Below are positions 63,645 through 64,000 of a stretch of DNA of 64,000 nt, in pieces; the stretch's first letter is position 1; each line of letters starts with the position of its first letter. Both the position numbers and the translations under genes were made by a program. This DNA comes from an uncultured Pseudomonadales bacterium (GTDB lineage Bacteria; Pseudomonadota; Gammaproteobacteria; Pseudomonadales; Pseudohongiellaceae): positions 60,824-124,823 of the forward strand of contig CALSUH010000013.1 in NCBI GenBank assembly GCA_943789485.1, written 5' to 3'. The notes below the pieces were generated by a model. It saw nothing but the letters and a program-made list of their open reading frames with translations. It made no database searches and was not told where the DNA came from.

Positions 63645-64000
63645 CTATATATTTTCAATAACCGGTTGCACGGACATACCATTAACTACAGCTTGAATCG
63701 GAGACGTACAGATATATTCACCCGCCAGCAGTCCTCCACTTATCAAAACACGATCTTCTTCCAATCGAAATATTTCTACATCGCGGTAGTACATCTTATT
63801 CTCTGCATCTACAACCAAGACTTGGTTGTTGTTTCGAATGACTGATCTGGGCAAATCGATCATGTCCTCTGCTTCCTTACCAACAATATTTGCCTGAACA
63901 AAAAGGCCGATGGGTAAAGGAATCTGCTGGGATGATAATTCATTCAATCTTTTAGCATTTTCGACAGGCTGCTGAACTCGAATAATTGTCTGGACAGTAT
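63645..64000 (-). CDS. RND efflux periplasmic adaptor (MFP), C-terminal part; gene continues past the window end
   Basis: The frame is open from 64000 down to the stop at 63645 (..TVQTIIRVQQPVENAKRLNELSSQQIPLPIGLFVQANIVGKEAEDMIDLPRSVI..VLISGGLLAGEYICTSP..). It sits immediately upstream of the RND permease. Confidence 0.75.
   Translation of the reverse strand, partial: TVQTIIRVQQPVENAKRLNELSSQQIPLPIGLFVQANIVGKEAEDMIDLPRSVIRNNNQVLVVDAENKMYYRDVEIFRLEEDRVLISGGLLAGEYICTSPIQAVVNGMSVQPVIENI

Noticed and set aside
1-64000. A search for CRISPR arrays, rRNA/tRNA genes, transposases/IS elements, toxin-antitoxin pairs and known defence-system genes.
   Set aside because: I found no regularly spaced short repeats, no rRNA/tRNA-like sequence, and no DDE/HUH transposase or recombinase motifs in any listed translation. 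The only repeats present are the two intergenic families reported above.

Overview
This 64-kb window looks like chromosomal DNA from a moderate-GC Gram-negative bacterium, probably a marine gammaproteobacterium. That guess rests on gene content only (TonB-dependent receptor, RND efflux, many Tat- or Sec-exported hydrolases). All functional calls come from motifs read in the supplied translations; no searches were run.

The left ~19 kb looks accessory:
- It opens with an AT-rich patch holding a frameshifted oxidoreductase gene and an AlpA-like HTH gene.
- A mostly minus-strand array of exported hydrolase genes follows (alpha/beta hydrolases, SMP-30 lactonase, D-aminoacylase-like, class-C beta-lactamase-like, tannase-like), plus tiny ORFs and an SMR efflux gene.
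- The array is punctuated by seven co-oriented copies of a ~60-bp intergenic repeat. In the best copies the gene-proximal end reads GTTAGGT, which fits the integron core-site pattern. No integrase is visible.
- A second ~78-bp direct repeat brackets a two-gene module.

The remaining 45 kb holds:
- a cluster of class II aldolase, MtnA-like isomerase, MTA phosphorylase, PLP enzyme and permease that resembles a DHAP-shunt SAM by-product salvage locus;
- a group of exported lactonase-type enzymes;
- a TonB receptor next to a Tat-exported PLP enzyme and a cytochrome c plus Tat-exported aldonolactone-oxidase-like flavoprotein pair;
- housekeeping genes (rarA, ABC exporter);
- an omega-amino-acid catabolic operon with a MarR-GNAT fusion regulator;
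- several small-molecule exporters;
- an RND pump that runs off the right edge.

Five genes are visibly disrupted by indels or stop codons. No rRNA, tRNA, CRISPR array or transposase was recognised.
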